DNA of 64,000 bases from assembly GCF_009914755.1 (NCBI RefSeq), contig NC_060947.1. The stretch is one strand, 5' to 3'. Source of the stretch: the human T2T-CHM13v2.0 reference genome, Homo sapiens. Below, in pieces: positions 1 through 13,005 of the stretch. A model generated the notes under the pieces. It was not told the origin of the DNA. It saw only the letters and a program-made list of their open reading frames with translations, and made no database searches. The position numbers and the translations under genes were made by a program. The stretch's first letter is position 1, and the number at the start of each line of letters is the position of its first letter.

Positions 1-510
1 CATATAGTGTTTTTAACTCATTGTACAAAGAGTTTTTATTTTCATGTAGTAGTCAACTTAACCAATATTTTCCTTGACTTTTTGTGTTTATTCTACTTAA
101 AAATATCCTTCTATACCCTAAGGTTATAGACATAGTCTCTTACATTTTTATCTAATAGCTTTGAAATTTTTTTTTTACATTTTTATCTTTAATACGTCTG
201 ATATTTATCTTTCACTATGCTGTGAAATAGGAATATAATTTTTCCATAAGGGAAATCAATTGTCCCAGAATCATTTATTGATTACCTTGTTTCCCCAGGG
301 ATTTTTAATGCCATCTGTGTCATATGCCAAGTTCCCTAGTGTGCTTCCATTAGTTGTTCAGCTCTCTATTACTTTGGTCTGTCTATTCCTGCATCAGAAA
401 TACAATGTCTTAATTACTACCACTTTTTAATAAATTCTGATCTGTAGTTGGACTCCCTAGTCTTCTCAAAAATTGTATTGGATTTCATTATATTTTTTGT
501 TTCATATTTT
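1..510 (-). mobile_element. Ancient L1M ORF2 3' fragment
   Basis: T-rich antisense L1 ORF2-like text (caattgtcccagaatcatttattg; cttaattactaccactttttaataaattctga). Confidence 0.65.
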
Positions 511-519
511 GATACGTGT

Positions 520-660
520 TTAAAAAACATATTGCGCTTACTATGTAACAAGTTCTGTTCTATGTGATTTAAAAGCAGTAGCTCATTCGTTCCTCACAAC
601 TACCCTATTAGGTATTACTATTATCATCTGTACCTTATAGATGAAGAGACTGAAGCATCT
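520..660 (-). mobile_element. MIR SINE fragment
   Basis: tcctcacaactaccctat...tatagatgaagagactgaagca is the reverse complement of the MIR core. Confidence 0.7.
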
Positions 661-780
661 GTCTCTGAATGAAAATTAAGATAATGATATCAATTCTACC
701 TTTATTAATATATGAATCCAATGCAATTTTATTATATTTCTAATTGGATATTTCAGGCATAACAAAAAATTTACATGAGA

Positions 781-870
781 GACAGCACAGCATAGTGATG
801 AAGATCACAAACTCTAGAGCCAGTCTGACTGACTTCTGTGTAGATAACTGTATCATCTGTGAATGAGAAT
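781..870 (+). mobile_element. MIR 5' fragment
   Basis: gacagcacagcatagtgatgaagatcacaaactctagagccag resembles the MIR head. Confidence 0.55.
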
Positions 871-1508
871 AAATACATATGGTAAATCAAGTGACACATT
901 TTGAAGGCTGAATCAGGTGAAAGGCCTTAAATGGGAAGCTTCATCACAGTATCTTCAGGGTATTAGTGAGAGGTATTCAAGTCCTATTTTGTCAGACAGG
1001 ATAGTACTTGAAGGCATTTTGCTTTATGTGAGAGGTGTAGTTTCTTTTCCTCCAGTAGGTTCTGGGTCATATATCTTATCCACATTTGTGTTACAGCCCT
1101 GTCTCCTTAGAGAAGCATATATGGAGCTTTGAAACCATTATGGACCACTGCACTATCAGCTCATGTTTAATGTGAAAGTTTTAATTCTCTTCTAATTTAT
1201 AGTGTCTGGAGATATTTTTCTTTTTTGAACTTGCCTATATAATAAAATTTTTATTTTGATATAGTCTCATATTTCTTTGTGTTTCTAGTTAGAGTTTGAC
1301 ATGTTGCTGTATATTGATTTACTATTTAATCAGACAAAAACCTATAGATGTCTTATATAAAAGACTGCTTGGATATAAGGAGAATAAAGAATTTTTTGTA
1401 TTATTTCTGTATTTCATGGATATTGAACTGGTAGCCAGTGGGATGCAAACAAGGCACACATGCTTTTCTTATTTAGTACAGTGTTTCTTGTAAAAATTGA
1501 ATTGAACC

Positions 1509-3789
1509 TGATATAGTCAGGCTTTGTGTCCCCACCCAAATCTCATCTTGAATTACAATCCCCATAATCCCCACATGTCAAGGGAGAGACCAGGTGGAGG
1601 TAACTGGATCATGGGGGCAGTTTCCCCCATGCTGTTCTCCTGATAGTGAGTGATTTCTCATGAGGTCTGATGGCTTTTTAAGTGTTTGGTAGTCCCTCCT
1701 GCATTCATTCTCCCTCCTGCTGCCTTGTGAAAAAGGTGCTTTGCTTCCCCTTCACCTTTTATCATGATTATAAGTTTCCTGAAGCCTCCCCAGCCATTCT
1801 AAACTGTGAGTCAATTAAATCCCTTTTTCTTTATAAATTACCCAGTCTCGGGCAGATCTTTATAGCAGTGTGAAAACCAACTAATACAGTAAATTGGTAC
1901 CAAAAATGTGGTGCTGTTGTAAAGATACCCAAAAATGTGGAAACGACTTTGTAACTGGGTAACAGGCAGAGATTGAAACAGTTTGGAGTGCTCAGAAGAA
2001 GACAGGAAAATGTGGGAAAGTTTGGAACTTCCTAGAGATTTGTTGAATGGCTTTGACCAAAATGCTGATAGTCATATGGACAATGAAGTTCCGCCTGAGG
2101 TTGTGTAAGATAGAGATGAGGAACTTCTTGGGAACTGGAAGAAAGGTGATACTTACTACGCTTTCACAAAAAGACTGGCAGCATTTTACCCCTGCCCTAG
2201 AGGTCTATGGAACTTTGTACTTGAGAGATTGGATTTATAGTACATGGCAGAATAATTTTCTAAGCAGCAAAGCATTCAGGAGCAAGCAGAGCATAAAAGT
2301 TTGAAAAATTTGCAGCCTGATGATGCAATAGAAAAGAAAAACCCATTTTTTTGGAGAGAAAATCAAGCACGCTTCAGAAATTTGCACAAGTAACACAGAG
2401 CCAAATGTTAATCAGCAAGAAAAAGGGAGAAATGTCTCCAGAGCATGTCAGAGGTCTTCACAGCAGCCCTTCCCATCACAGGTCTGGAGGCCTATGAGGA
2501 AAAAATAATTTTATGGGCTTTGCATCCTAGAACCTTGCTGTTTTGTGCAGTCTTGGGAGTTTGTGTCTTTCATCCCAGTCATGGCTAAGAGGGGCCAACA
2601 TACAGCTCAGGCCATTGAAAGCCCTAAGACTTGGAGGCTTACACATAGCGTTCAGCCTGTGGGTGCAAAGAAGTCAATACTTGAGCTTTGGGAACTTCTG
2701 CCTAGATTTCAGTGGATGTATGGAAATTCCTCAATGTCCAGGCAGAAGTTTGCTGCAGGGGTGGACCCCCTCATGGAGAACCTCTCCTAGAGCAGTGAGA
2801 AAGGGAAATGTGGGTTTGGAGCCCCCACACAGAATCCCCACTGGGACACTGCCTGATGGAGCTGTGAGAAGACAGACATCATCCTTCAGACCCCATAATG
2901 GTAGATCCACTGACAGCTTCCACCGTGCACCTGGAAAAGCTACAGACACTCAATGCCAGCCATATAAGCAGCCAGAAGGGGCACTGTACCCAATGCCACA
3001 GGGTCAGAGCTTCCCAAGGCCACAGGATCCCACCTATTGCATCAGCATGACCTAGATGTGAGACAAGGAGTCAAAAGAGATTATTTTGGAACTTTAAGAT
3101 TTAATGACTGCCCAGCCTAATTTTGGACTTGCATGAAACCTGTAGCCCCTTTGCTTTGGCTGATTTCTCCCATTTGAATGAGAACATTTACCCAATTCCT
3201 GTATCTCCATTGTATCTAGTAAGTAACTAACTTGCTTTTGATTTTACAGGCTCCTAGGCAGAAGGGACTTGCCTTGTCTCAGATGAGACTTTGGACTTGA
3301 ACTTTTGGGTTAATGCTGGAATGAATTAAGACTTTGGAGGACTGTTGGGAAGGCATGGTTGGTTTTGAAATGTGAAAGGGACATGAGATTTGGGAGGGGT
3401 CAGGAGTGGAATGATATGGTTAGGCTTTGTGTCCCCACCCAAACATCACCTGGAATTGTAATCCCCATAATCCCCATGTGTCAAGGGAGAGAACAGGTGG
3501 AGGTAATTGAATCATGGAGGTGGTTTTCCCCATGCTGTTCTTGTGATAGTGAGTTCTCAAGAGATCTGATGGTTTTATAAGTGTTTGGTAGTTCCTCCTG
3601 TGTGCATTCTCCTTCCTGCTGCCTTATGAAGAAGGTGTCTTGCTTCCCCCTCACCTTCCGCCGCCATGATTGTGAATGTCCTGAGGCCTCCTCAGCCATC
3701 CTGAACTGTGAATCAATTAAACTTCTTTCCTTTATAAATTACCCAGTCTTGGGTAGTTCTTTATAACAGTGTGAAAACAGGCTAATACA
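1509..3789 (+). mobile_element. Full-length THE1D-type MaLR (LTR 1509-1888, internal 1889-3411, LTR 3412-3789)
   Basis: Two ~380-bp direct LTRs (TGATAT...CTAATACA), THE1 internal region, purine tract before the 3' LTR, perfect 5-bp TSD GAACC at 1504-1508 and 3790-3794. Confidence 0.95.
3504..3514 (+). promoter_or_regulatory. DUX4 consensus motif in THE1D 3' LTR
   Basis: TAATTGAATCA matches TAAYYBAATCA; function untested. Confidence 0.5.
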
Positions 3790-3924
3790 GAACCTTTAGT
3801 TGGGTTAACCGTCTTCAGGTCTCCAATGCCCTGAAGATGTTTTAGTTCATAATGCCTGTCAATATATTTAAAACTGGGCTTTTGAGATCTAACCCATCTT
3901 TGTAATATTATTTTCTGGAAATTA

Positions 3925-4170
3925 CTGAATATTTATTGTACACTGATAAGTGCATGTCAAATCTTTTAAAATACGTATCTCTTTTCATTGTAATCAAAAC
4001 CTTTTAAGGTAGGTATTGTTTTGTCATTTCATGTGATATATAAATAAGCTAAGTTTCAAGAAGGTTGAACCATTGACCCAATGCTATGGAAATAATACAA
4101 AATGGAGCTATACATAATAGTTGTAAATAATAGTTTATCATAAGGCTTGAAGTCAGATCTGACTCTAAAA
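3925..4170 (-). mobile_element. Degenerate MIR
   Basis: aaggtaggtattgttttgtcatttc...agaaggttgaaccattgacccaa antisense MIR pattern. Confidence 0.5.
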
Positions 4171-5789
4171 TTTGTATTATTTTTAATAAACCACCTTATA
4201 ATGTGAATTTTAAACTTCTTTATATTTTCATTTTATTTTTAAACCACCCAGGATCTGTCATCAGTATGGTTTTTAACTGGAGTAAGAAGACATTTTTTTT
4301 CTCCATTATGTCTTTCACCAAATTCATGAAGTAATTTTATAATTGAAGTTGATTAAATTCAGAAGCTATACACCTGGTGGTCTTTGATATATAGAATTTA
4401 ATCTCTCCTCCCATAAGCTAAGTGAATAGATTAAATGCAAATAATATTTCTGGATGTCTACAATGTATACTCAATAGTCAAGATTTTATAGTTTAATTTT
4501 ATAGTTAAATCCACGGTCCAGTCCTCCCAAATCACCGTTGGGTTTGTTTGTGTTTGAGATCTGCCAGAATCACTCTGTGAGGCTAAGGTACGAAGGCCCT
4601 GGGGAGTGGTCCTCAAAGGAAAGCTTTGTCCTTTCATTGCTGAGCTAAATTCCTTCTGCAAAGTCAAACAGAAGTGCTGGAGGAAAAGAATACAGAGCAG
4701 CAAGATGGATGAAAAATACCTTTCAGTTAAGGTTTTGCCTTTTCTGAAACTTCAAGTGAAATAACTTTGTACAATTTTTAGAAACACATGACACTTAAAG
4801 TGTATTTTTAATTAAAGAACAGAACTACACAAAGAAAAGGATGCCAAAATTAATTTAAGTTTTAGACAGAGAAGAGGAAAAAACTTCTAATCTGAAAATA
4901 ATGCAAAATGAAAGAGATCCTATTTTTTCAAATGAACATTAAGGAAAATAAAATGAATTTAATCAAGAATATGGTACAATGATTTGATGGTAAATAGATT
5001 CATGACTGAAGTATAGGTCTAAATATAGTCTCTTGTGTATGCTATCTGTGACCTTGAGATAGTTTTAGAAACCTCAGTTTATTCAGCTCTTATTCAATGG
5101 TATAGTAACACCAGCATCAATTGCAAAGGATTCTTATAAGGACAAAATTTGATAATATGTGTATGGTTCATTTTTTTTACTCCATATTAAGCAATTGATA
5201 AATGCTTTTTTTATTCTCTTTTATCCCAGTGAAAACAAATAGGACAGCATGATATAGTTGACAGAACAACTGATTTGAATTTAGAAGAACTGGTTATCTA
5301 TAAAATTGTGTATTGGCTCATTTGGCCCTTTTCCAGATCATAGACCTAGCAAGTGTCAGACCCATACACAGGTTTGACACACAATCTGGGTTCTATTTTT
5401 ACTCAAAACTTGCCATTTTATGGGATCCCTTGGGACTTCCACAAAAAAGAAAGGGTACCATGTAAATTCTAACCCTGCCCTACCCCCTTCCCACCCAACA
5501 ACAACAAAATGAGAAGATGAAATACTTTAGGACAGACTACAGTAGTAGCTTAGTATTTTTTAACACTATAATCTTTGCTATTTAGTAAGTGTGGTTAAGG
5601 GTCATGAAATTGTATGATTTTTTTTTTTAATGAGCATCCATCCATACCTGGCTTCTGTTGCTCAAAGAATAGGTTATAGGTACAATAATTTGAAGGTCTT
5701 CAATTACAAGATAGCAAACAAACCTTGGAGTTTTGTGACCTGACTGTTGTATGACCACAAGCCAGTCACTTGACCATTTGACTTCTATC

Positions 5790-6300
5790 ATACTTATGTA
5801 TCACTCCAAAAGAAATCACCTCAAACTTTGCAGCACACTACAGCAATTATTATTACTATTTCACACAATGATGGGGAGTTACTGTACTCAGCTAGATGGT
5901 TCTTGCTTGGGATCTCTACACGATTGCAGTCAGATGGTGAGCAAGACTTGATTCATGTTGAAGGCTTCTTTCCTCATATGTGTAGCAGTTAATTCAGGCT
6001 GTTGGCTGAGACCACAGAGGCACCTGTCAGCTGAAACACCTACAGGTGGTTTCTCCACATGGTGGAGGCTTCTTCATAGTATGTCAGCAAAGTGCCAAGG
6101 GTAAGCATCCTGAGGGGGACAGGGATAACATAAGAGACCACTAGGTGGAGGTTGTATCAACTTTTATGGCTGTCTGGGAAATTACACTGTATCACTTCTG
6201 ACATACTTTATCAGACCCAGCAGTTAGAAAAAGCTCACTGAGTTTCATGGAAAAGGGTCATAGTTTTCACTTTTTGATGGAAGAGAGGCAAGGTCCTCTG
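5790..6300 (-). mobile_element. MLT1 (F/G-like) MaLR solo LTR
   Basis: ctcagctagatggttcttgcttggg...gcagtcagatgg...ctttttgatggaagag, typical antisense MLT1. Confidence 0.7.
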
Positions 6301-7109
6301 AATTACACTGAACCTAACAGTAAATACCACTTACACACTCACACATATATACCAGCACAGGAAGACAGTCAATGGACTCGACCTGACAATAGATATATAG
6401 TGAACAAAAGTACCTTGTATGCCTATATACCTGGTTTATTTTAATGCCCTCTAGGTAATGGTAAGTTTTCAATCTTTTTTGGCACATTAATTTCAAAGGC
6501 TATGCTTCATTTTTCTTCACTGAAGGTACAAAAGCAGTGTTTACCCAGATGTCTCAGACAAAACAAATGAGAACGTGTTCATTTGTAACTGTCAAATTAA
6601 TTGCAAATTATTTTTCATTCAAATGAGAACAAAAACATCTCCTAATGAGAGTTAAGATTGGCTACATAGCAAATTCATGAAGAAAAGAGGCAAGAGTGGA
6701 TTAAATGAACCAAGTGCCCCGTTATGACACATTTAGCAAGAAAATAGACAGGTGACTTGGCTTCATATTCTTTCTCAGGGAGAAAAATTATTTAAAATAA
6801 ATCATCCAAAAAATAAATAATAAGTCTGTACAAAAATCTTAGAAATGATAAATGATACTTCATGAAGGACCGATCTTTTCTTCTTATCGATCTGTTTTCT
6901 TTTTATATATGATAAGAAGAAAGATTCTTTATCTTGATTTGAGTTCACATTTTCATGTTATACCGTATAAGACAATCACTGTGTTGAGCTGATATGGTTG
7001 CCTAAACTGATGTTTTCAAGTTTTTGTAAATAGAAACTCATTAACCAAATCAACTGACAGTCCAGAAGATCTAAGTAATTTTCACTAATAATTTCATTGT
7101 TGGAATTTT

Positions 7110-7477
7110 TTCAGTTAGGATATACTAAATTATACTGCAGTAAAATAAGCAATCTCACAAATATCAGAAATTTAAAATGAGAAATATTTATTTTAAACTC
7201 ATGTAATATGTCCACGGTAGGATAGCTGGGTTCCATATACATTTTAGTTGCTCAGAGATTTAGGCAAAGAGAATAGCCACCATCTCAAACTTTGCTGGTT
7301 GCTGTGCCAGATGGAATAGGTGGCTTTGGAGGGTCTTGCACTTCCAAAGAAGAATCAGCTTCATTGGCCAGATCAAGTCAGTCCCATCCAACTCCACCAG
7401 AGCCCAGAAATGGCTCTGTGTACTCAGAATGGGGAAGAACTTGAAATATTTGGTGGATATAATTAATGACTACCACA
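7110..7477 (-). mobile_element. Old MLT1 (K/L-like) LTR
   Basis: tcagttaggatatactaaattatactgcagtaa start; tcattggccagatcaagtca; ends taatgactaccaca. Confidence 0.6.
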
Positions 7478-7651
7478 TAATTTAATGAATAAACTCAAAG
7501 ACATTAGATTAAAAAGCTAACAAAAAAACATAACAGAGTCAAAATGGGGAAGAACTCGAAATATTTGGTGAATATGATTAATGACTACTACATAATTTAA
7601 TGAATAAACTCAAAGACATTAGATAAAAGAGCTAAGAAAAACGTAACAGAG
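7428..7651. repeat. 115-bp tandem duplication (2 copies)
   Basis: aatggggaagaact...taacagag at 7428-7538 and again at 7543-7651. Confidence 0.95.
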
Positions 7652-8129
7652 ATGAATAACTGAAGCAGAGAAATAGAAGGGAAGTCCTAGGTAACTTCTT
7701 TGAATGGAAGATTCTCTCTCATCCAAAAATCTTGGCAGTATATAATTGGGTATGTGTTCTTTATAGCTTCGGTAGGATAGATATATTTGAAGTGCCAGTA
7801 ACGGAACAAGATAAGCATCTAAAGCACAAATGGCCAGTAGGAAGTCACTCAGTCCTATAGGCCCATAGGGTACCTCACCATAATAAAAGTAATGCTGTGA
7901 CGATGTCATAGTCAAGAAAAGATAAGCCATTCTATTTTTACTGCAGAACTACTTTTTCAACATTTAAGATTTTCATATTAAATTAGTTTTGAGCCCATTA
8001 TCAGATAATACTTCTTGTTTTGGACTTAAGCACAGAGAACTGGGGTATTTTTGTCATTATTGGACACAGCAAGGCTCCTCTTCTGTTTTATTTATTTTTC
8101 CATCTTATCTGCACTTGTGTTTCCCCATT

Positions 8130-8600
8130 CCCTTCATGTCATAGCGAGCCATTATAATCTGTTTAATACATATCTTTTTGTTACATTATTTTATAAAATG
8201 CATACATTGTTCTTTGTTCATACATTTTGAATTTATAAAAGTGATATTGTGCTATACCTCATACAATTTCTTTTTTTTTATTCAGTGATGTATTTTAATG
8301 AACCATCCTTGTTGCTCTATTTATATCTAGTTTAATAGCTGTAACTACTGCATAGTATTACAGGTCTTCAGGTACCACCTCTTCTTTATCCACTTGCCCA
8401 ACAATAAATAGTGAGATTGCCTCCAAATCCCACCCTCTAAAATAACACTGTGATATACAGCTTTGCATATGTCTCCTTATGGAACTACGTAAGAATTTTT
8501 TGATACACACATACACAAACACACACAAAGAGGACTGAAATTCTAGATCAAAGGGGATATATATACTTAATTTGACTAATTTCAGATTTTTCTCTAAATA
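8130..8600 (-). mobile_element. Ancient L1ME 3' fragment
   Basis: ccatccttgttgct...actgcatagtatt...tgcatatgtctccttatg antisense L1 3' pattern. Confidence 0.55.
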
Positions 8601-8660
8601 TATATGTGTGTGTACTCACACGTATATGAAAGTATACAGCATATTAAAAGTAATGTTTTA

Positions 8661-8890
8661 GAAGCAGTATAGTCAATGTGGGGGCTAGAGTCATTTTTGC
8701 CACCATTCGAGTTCCCATCCTGTTTCTACAAATCATTGCTTGCATGACATTGGGAAGTTACTTAGTCTGAGACTCAGTTTTCTCATTTGTAAAATGTAAC
8801 CATACCCAGCAGATACAGTGGTTGAAAGGGTATAAAGGACGGCTTAGCAGAGTCTCTGGACCATAACAAGCGCTCAATACTAGCTCTGAT
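8661..8890 (+). mobile_element. MIR
   Basis: gggaagttacttagtctgagactcagttttctcatttgtaaaatg core; aagcgctcaata tail. Confidence 0.7.
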
Positions 8891-9598
8891 GATGATTATT
8901 GTTCTTATTCCTACATATTGACAAAGTTCTTATTATGGTGCTAATTATGATACTATGTATCTGCTTCAACTCCAGAAACCTTATGTGATCTCTTGTCCCT
9001 GCCAGCTACATAGAAGTTGGGTAATGCAGAGAATACAGAACCTCTTCCAAACGCTTTGGACTATCTGGGCTTGCTTGCAGTGGGAAGGGCTTTATAGATT
9101 TGCATACTTTTAAGTTGGGAAAATAATATATTCTATTATAGGCTTGACTGGGAAGATGTTTCCCCAACCACCTAAAGGCCCTGTTATCTATGGACTTTCC
9201 TAATCTTTTACTAAAAGTACCCTAGACTGAGAAAATTTAAATAAAGAAATGACTTCTTGAGATAAAATGATGTATCACCTTGAAGCTATAAGACTCTGTT
9301 AAAGGCATTCCACCATTGGGCTAAGGTTATACTTCCTGCAGGAACAATGCATTACATAGAATCCTAGCTCCTATTCCAGTGCTAGGAACAATGAAGTTAA
9401 CCAATAAATGTCAGACAACCAAATACTGATGAGTGAAGGACTGAATTCACCTATAATAACTACAATGCTAAAAACTGACTGGGTCACTGAGGACAATTAA
9501 TATTCAATTGTACATAGAGATCTCATATCTATTCTCTCTTATTTAAAGTGTTTACTCTCAAGACCATAGAGCACGTGGCTAAGGTGCACATTCTAGAA

Positions 9599-10775
9599 TA
9601 GTAGTTCTCAACTGGGGGAGATTTTGCTCACCAGGAACATTTGAAAGAGGAGTATTTTGTCCCATTTTCCCCTTCCTCATTGTCAAACAGCCCCAGTCTT
9701 CCTTGTCTCTGCTAAGAGAGTAGAGGTATGATGATCTGTCCGTCAACTGCCCTAAGTCCTAGCTAAGTATCAGAGAGAGAAAAAAAAAAAAAAAAAAAAA
9801 AAAAGCCTAACAAATGGGATTAGACGAGGGCTGCAAGTACTGAGGATTTTGTTGATACCTCTCCTGGGATGTGTTGTGCTTTCCCATATCTTGCCTTCAG
9901 GAATTACACTGTGCCTTTTCCCCAGGGATATGGGCTCTGTCTACCCAGTGCTGCAGTTTCCCGGTAACTACTCTGGAACATTGTGGACAAGGGCAGGTCT
10001 TCATATTTCTCATCATCCCTTTCTCCCAGTGAAATCCCATAGCCCTTACCTAGAATCTAGGGCACAAAGACTTTGGGGAAGATACACTGAGATTGACCTG
10101 AGGAGACATCTACACACACCAGTGGCAGCTGCCTCAGGGCCTGCTTCCTCTTCCTAAGTCTGTCATCCTCTGGAAGGGAGAGGTGGTGCTCCAATCTCTG
10201 GTGCCTAAAAACTCAAGTTTATTTCTCTCTTAACACTGGCAATAACCAGTCCACACCACTGTTGCCTTTTAAAACCTCTTAATAATCTCATGCTGTGTTT
10301 GTTGTTGATTCCAATCCAATTATCACCAGGGTTGTGTGGGTAAATGCTTTTAAATGCTCTCTCATCTTGCTCTTCCCCCTCACCCCCCACTCTTAGGTAT
10401 GTATGATGCTAATCTTGTCCCTAAGTAAGTTTCTTCCTGCTCCTTTTGTATCTTCCTTTCTTGTCTTTCCTCCTACCTTTTGTCTCTTGGTGTTTTGGGA
10501 CTTTTTTTTTTTTTGGCCTTTTGTACAACGATTAGTTTCAATGTAGTCTGTAGCCTCCTTTGTAAACCAATTAAAAAGTTTTTAATTAAAAAAAAAAAAA
10601 AGAAAGAAATGTCTGGTGACATGTTTGTTTGCCCCAGCTAGGAAGATGCCACTGGAATCTAGTGGGCAGAGGCCAGGGAGGCTGCTCAACATTCAATGAT
10701 GCACAGAACACCCCTACCCTCATGAAAGAATTTTGTCACCTAAAATGTCAGTCATGTCCAATTTGAAAACCTCTG
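9599..10775 (+). mobile_element. MER20 hAT-Charlie element split by a retrocopy (9599-9646 and ~10606-10775)
   Basis: tagtagttctcaactgggggagattttg...acatttg resumes as aatgtctggtgacat...atctagtgggcagaggccaggga; 8-bp TSD TTCTAGAA/TTCTAGAG. Confidence 0.85.
9647..10601 (+). pseudogene. 5'-truncated processed retrocopy of an mRNA 3'UTR (~950 bp)
   Basis: Non-repeat UTR-like sequence interrupting MER20; ATTAAA at 10570-10575; poly(A) at 10588-10601; no CDS. Confidence 0.8.
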
Positions 10776-11045
10776 TTCTAGAGCCTAAGATTCCTTGGTT
10801 TGAATTCCAGTTCTATTACTTATGATCTGTGTGACCTTAGGTGGTTACTCAACTTTCTTCATCTACACAATTAGGTTTATTTTTGTTGTTATTAGGAACG
10901 CAAGTAAATTCTCATAATGCATTTTATATCTGGCATATTGATGGTGCTCAGTGAATACTTGCCTCTATAATTATTATTATTAAAGTAACTCAAGTATACA
11001 AATAATCTCTTGAAGCCCATTTAACAAATATATTACTTTCAAGAC

Positions 11046-11091
11046 TATTACATTAAATGGCAAAACCGCAGTTACTTTTGCACCAACCTAA
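11046..11091. mobile_element. Half MADE1 (Hsmar1 MITE, one TIR)
   Basis: aatggcaaaaccgcagttacttttgcaccaacctaa is the Hsmar1/MADE1 terminal inverted repeat. Confidence 0.8.
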
Positions 11092-11389
11092 ATATGTTAA
11101 ATAGATGCGTAATATGTTAACTACTAGGTGGGAATGATAAAATATTATTACACCTTTTATTTGTTATCCTAAGCTATACACGAATGTTTTTCATGTTACA
11201 CTGTCAATATTTCCAAGGACTTTTCTATTCTTGTTCTCAAAAAGAAGAAACAAGCTTAATATGTCAAACAAAAATAAGAACAGATTAAAACACAGCCCAG
11301 ATGCACTAGAAAACTTCCTGGTGAAAGGATCAAAGTCTCCCATTAGCTTTCTGGGCAAAAAGGATCTTTTTTTTTTCACGCAAATAGAT

Positions 11390-11700
11390 ACATAGAAAAT
11401 TTTTTAAGTGGTTAAATATATGTGCCAGCCATATATGAATTATATAAAGCTAAGATAGAAATGTTAATATATGACAAATTATAATTCAAGCCAAAAAATC
11501 ACAACAAATACAGAAAGATACAATACATTGATAAAAGATAAAATTAAGCAAGAAGACCATCAGGAACATGTATGGACCTAACAATACTATTTCATCATAG
11601 AGTTATGGCCTTTTTATAAAGAATTATATATAAAAATATATGGAACTTTTAAAGACCCTTTCTCAGACACTGAGAGATCAAGCAGGAAAAAGAAAAGAAA
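11390..11700 (+). mobile_element. Ancient L1M ORF2 endonuclease-region fragment
   Basis: tgataaaagataaaattaagcaagaagac...catgtatggacctaacaa resembles L1 EN coding DNA. Confidence 0.5.
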
Positions 11701-12541
11701 AGCAGAGATCCTTTCTGAAACACTGAAAGATCAAACAGGAAGAAAAAAAAGAAAAACAGAGATAGTGAAGTTATAAAAAATGCAATTGCATTTGTTACAA
11801 AAGGCAGTATCAGTAACAATATCAGCAGCATGAATAGGAGGGCAGACTCTTGAATTGCTGCTAAGCAGTAGGCACTTCCACCAGGTTAGTGGGGAATATG
11901 GGTTGTAGGTTCCAGACCACATGCAATAGCATCTTCTTGAAATGTGGGAAACCCTCTCCTTATCGCCTTTATTCTTTTAGTCTTTTCAACACTTTTGTAA
12001 CTAATTCATTGCTTTTAATCTCTGATTGATATATCTACAGTGGTTTTCCTGACTATATACCCTGATTAATAACATATAGATCACTTATATCTACGTACCG
12101 TAGGCCAAACTCAGCCCTCAACATGTCTGAAGAAAAGGCTAGGAAATACAGTCTTCTTTCTTTGATTCCAGGAAGTAGAAATGGTACAATAAACATATAA
12201 TATTGACTCTGTCACAGTCTGGCCTTCTCATCATGAAACTTTAATTTTTATGTTTACATATAGGAAACACTCATTCCCTTTCCATAGAAGACAATCTGAA
12301 AATCAATCTATAATTGCATGTGGCCCAAGGGCTAGGATGTGGCTCCTCTGATTCCAAGGACCTATGCACTAAAAAGACAAATTCTCTGCTATGGCTCCTT
12401 GTACACCCAGTTTACAATGATGAGGCAGGATTTGGAGCAGAAGAGCTGCAATTAACCCCGCCCCATTCAAACAATGTGAAATGGGAGACACAAAGAAGTT
12501 AACGATTGTCAATAGAACTTCTAGAAGACTGCTGAAAAATA

Positions 12542-12582
12542 CGGTGAAGGGCTCTTATCTCGGTGAAGGGCTCTTATCTCGG
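12542..12582. repeat. Perfect 19-bp tandem duplication
   Basis: cggtgaagggctcttatct x2 followed by cgg. Confidence 0.95.
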
Positions 12583-13005
12583 GGCTAAAAAGATTACTTG
12601 CATACAGCCCAATTCTGTTCTCTGGAAGGACTTCTTGGTATCTGGATCCACCTTCTGAGAGGTTCTTTTTATAATTTTGTTTATCTTTTTTGTCTGCCCA
12701 TGCCTAAAGAAGATATTGGGGAATATGCTGAAACTGCACAACCTTCTCAGCAAATTTGTCAATTCTGCACAGTTGGAGGTTGAAGGATTCTTTTGAATCT
12801 TGAACTATCAAAAGACTTTTTGTCCAGAATTGTGCTTTCCTTTCTGGGCAATGCAATTCTCTCAGAAACGTAGCAGGCTTCTGACCTATTTGTTTTTAGC
12901 CAGTTCTATGTGGCAGTAACTGCATGCAGTGTTCTATTTATAGACATATTTCATTAATATGCTTTACTTCTCTGCTTTTTCATGTGCATGTCCAGCTTCT
13001 TCACC

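Larger units (their letters stand above)
9565..10980 (+). mobile_element. MIR split by MER20 (head 9565-9598, remainder 10776-10980)
   Basis: gtggctaaggtgcacattctaga joins gagcctaagattccttggtttgaattccagttct...ctgtgtgaccttagg. Confidence 0.65.

Noticed and set aside
2543-3055. 170-aa ORF (and the related 180-aa ORF at 38987-39529)
   Set aside because: Both lie in THE1 internal regions; remnant MaLR frames, not host genes.
4458-4703. 81-aa minus-strand ORF in unique sequence
   Set aside because: TTG start, no recognisable domain, no supporting exon chain.
5341-5395. 10-bp stem-loop gtgtcagacc/ggtttgacac
   Set aside because: Too short for a pre-miRNA; compatible with chance or an old DNA-transposon remnant.
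7428-7651. Repeat-spacer (CRISPR-like) appearance
   Set aside because: Only two contiguous copies, no unique spacers, eukaryotic DNA.
9849-10157. 102-aa ORF in the retrocopy
   Set aside because: TTG start, no recognisable protein, lies in UTR-like sequence.
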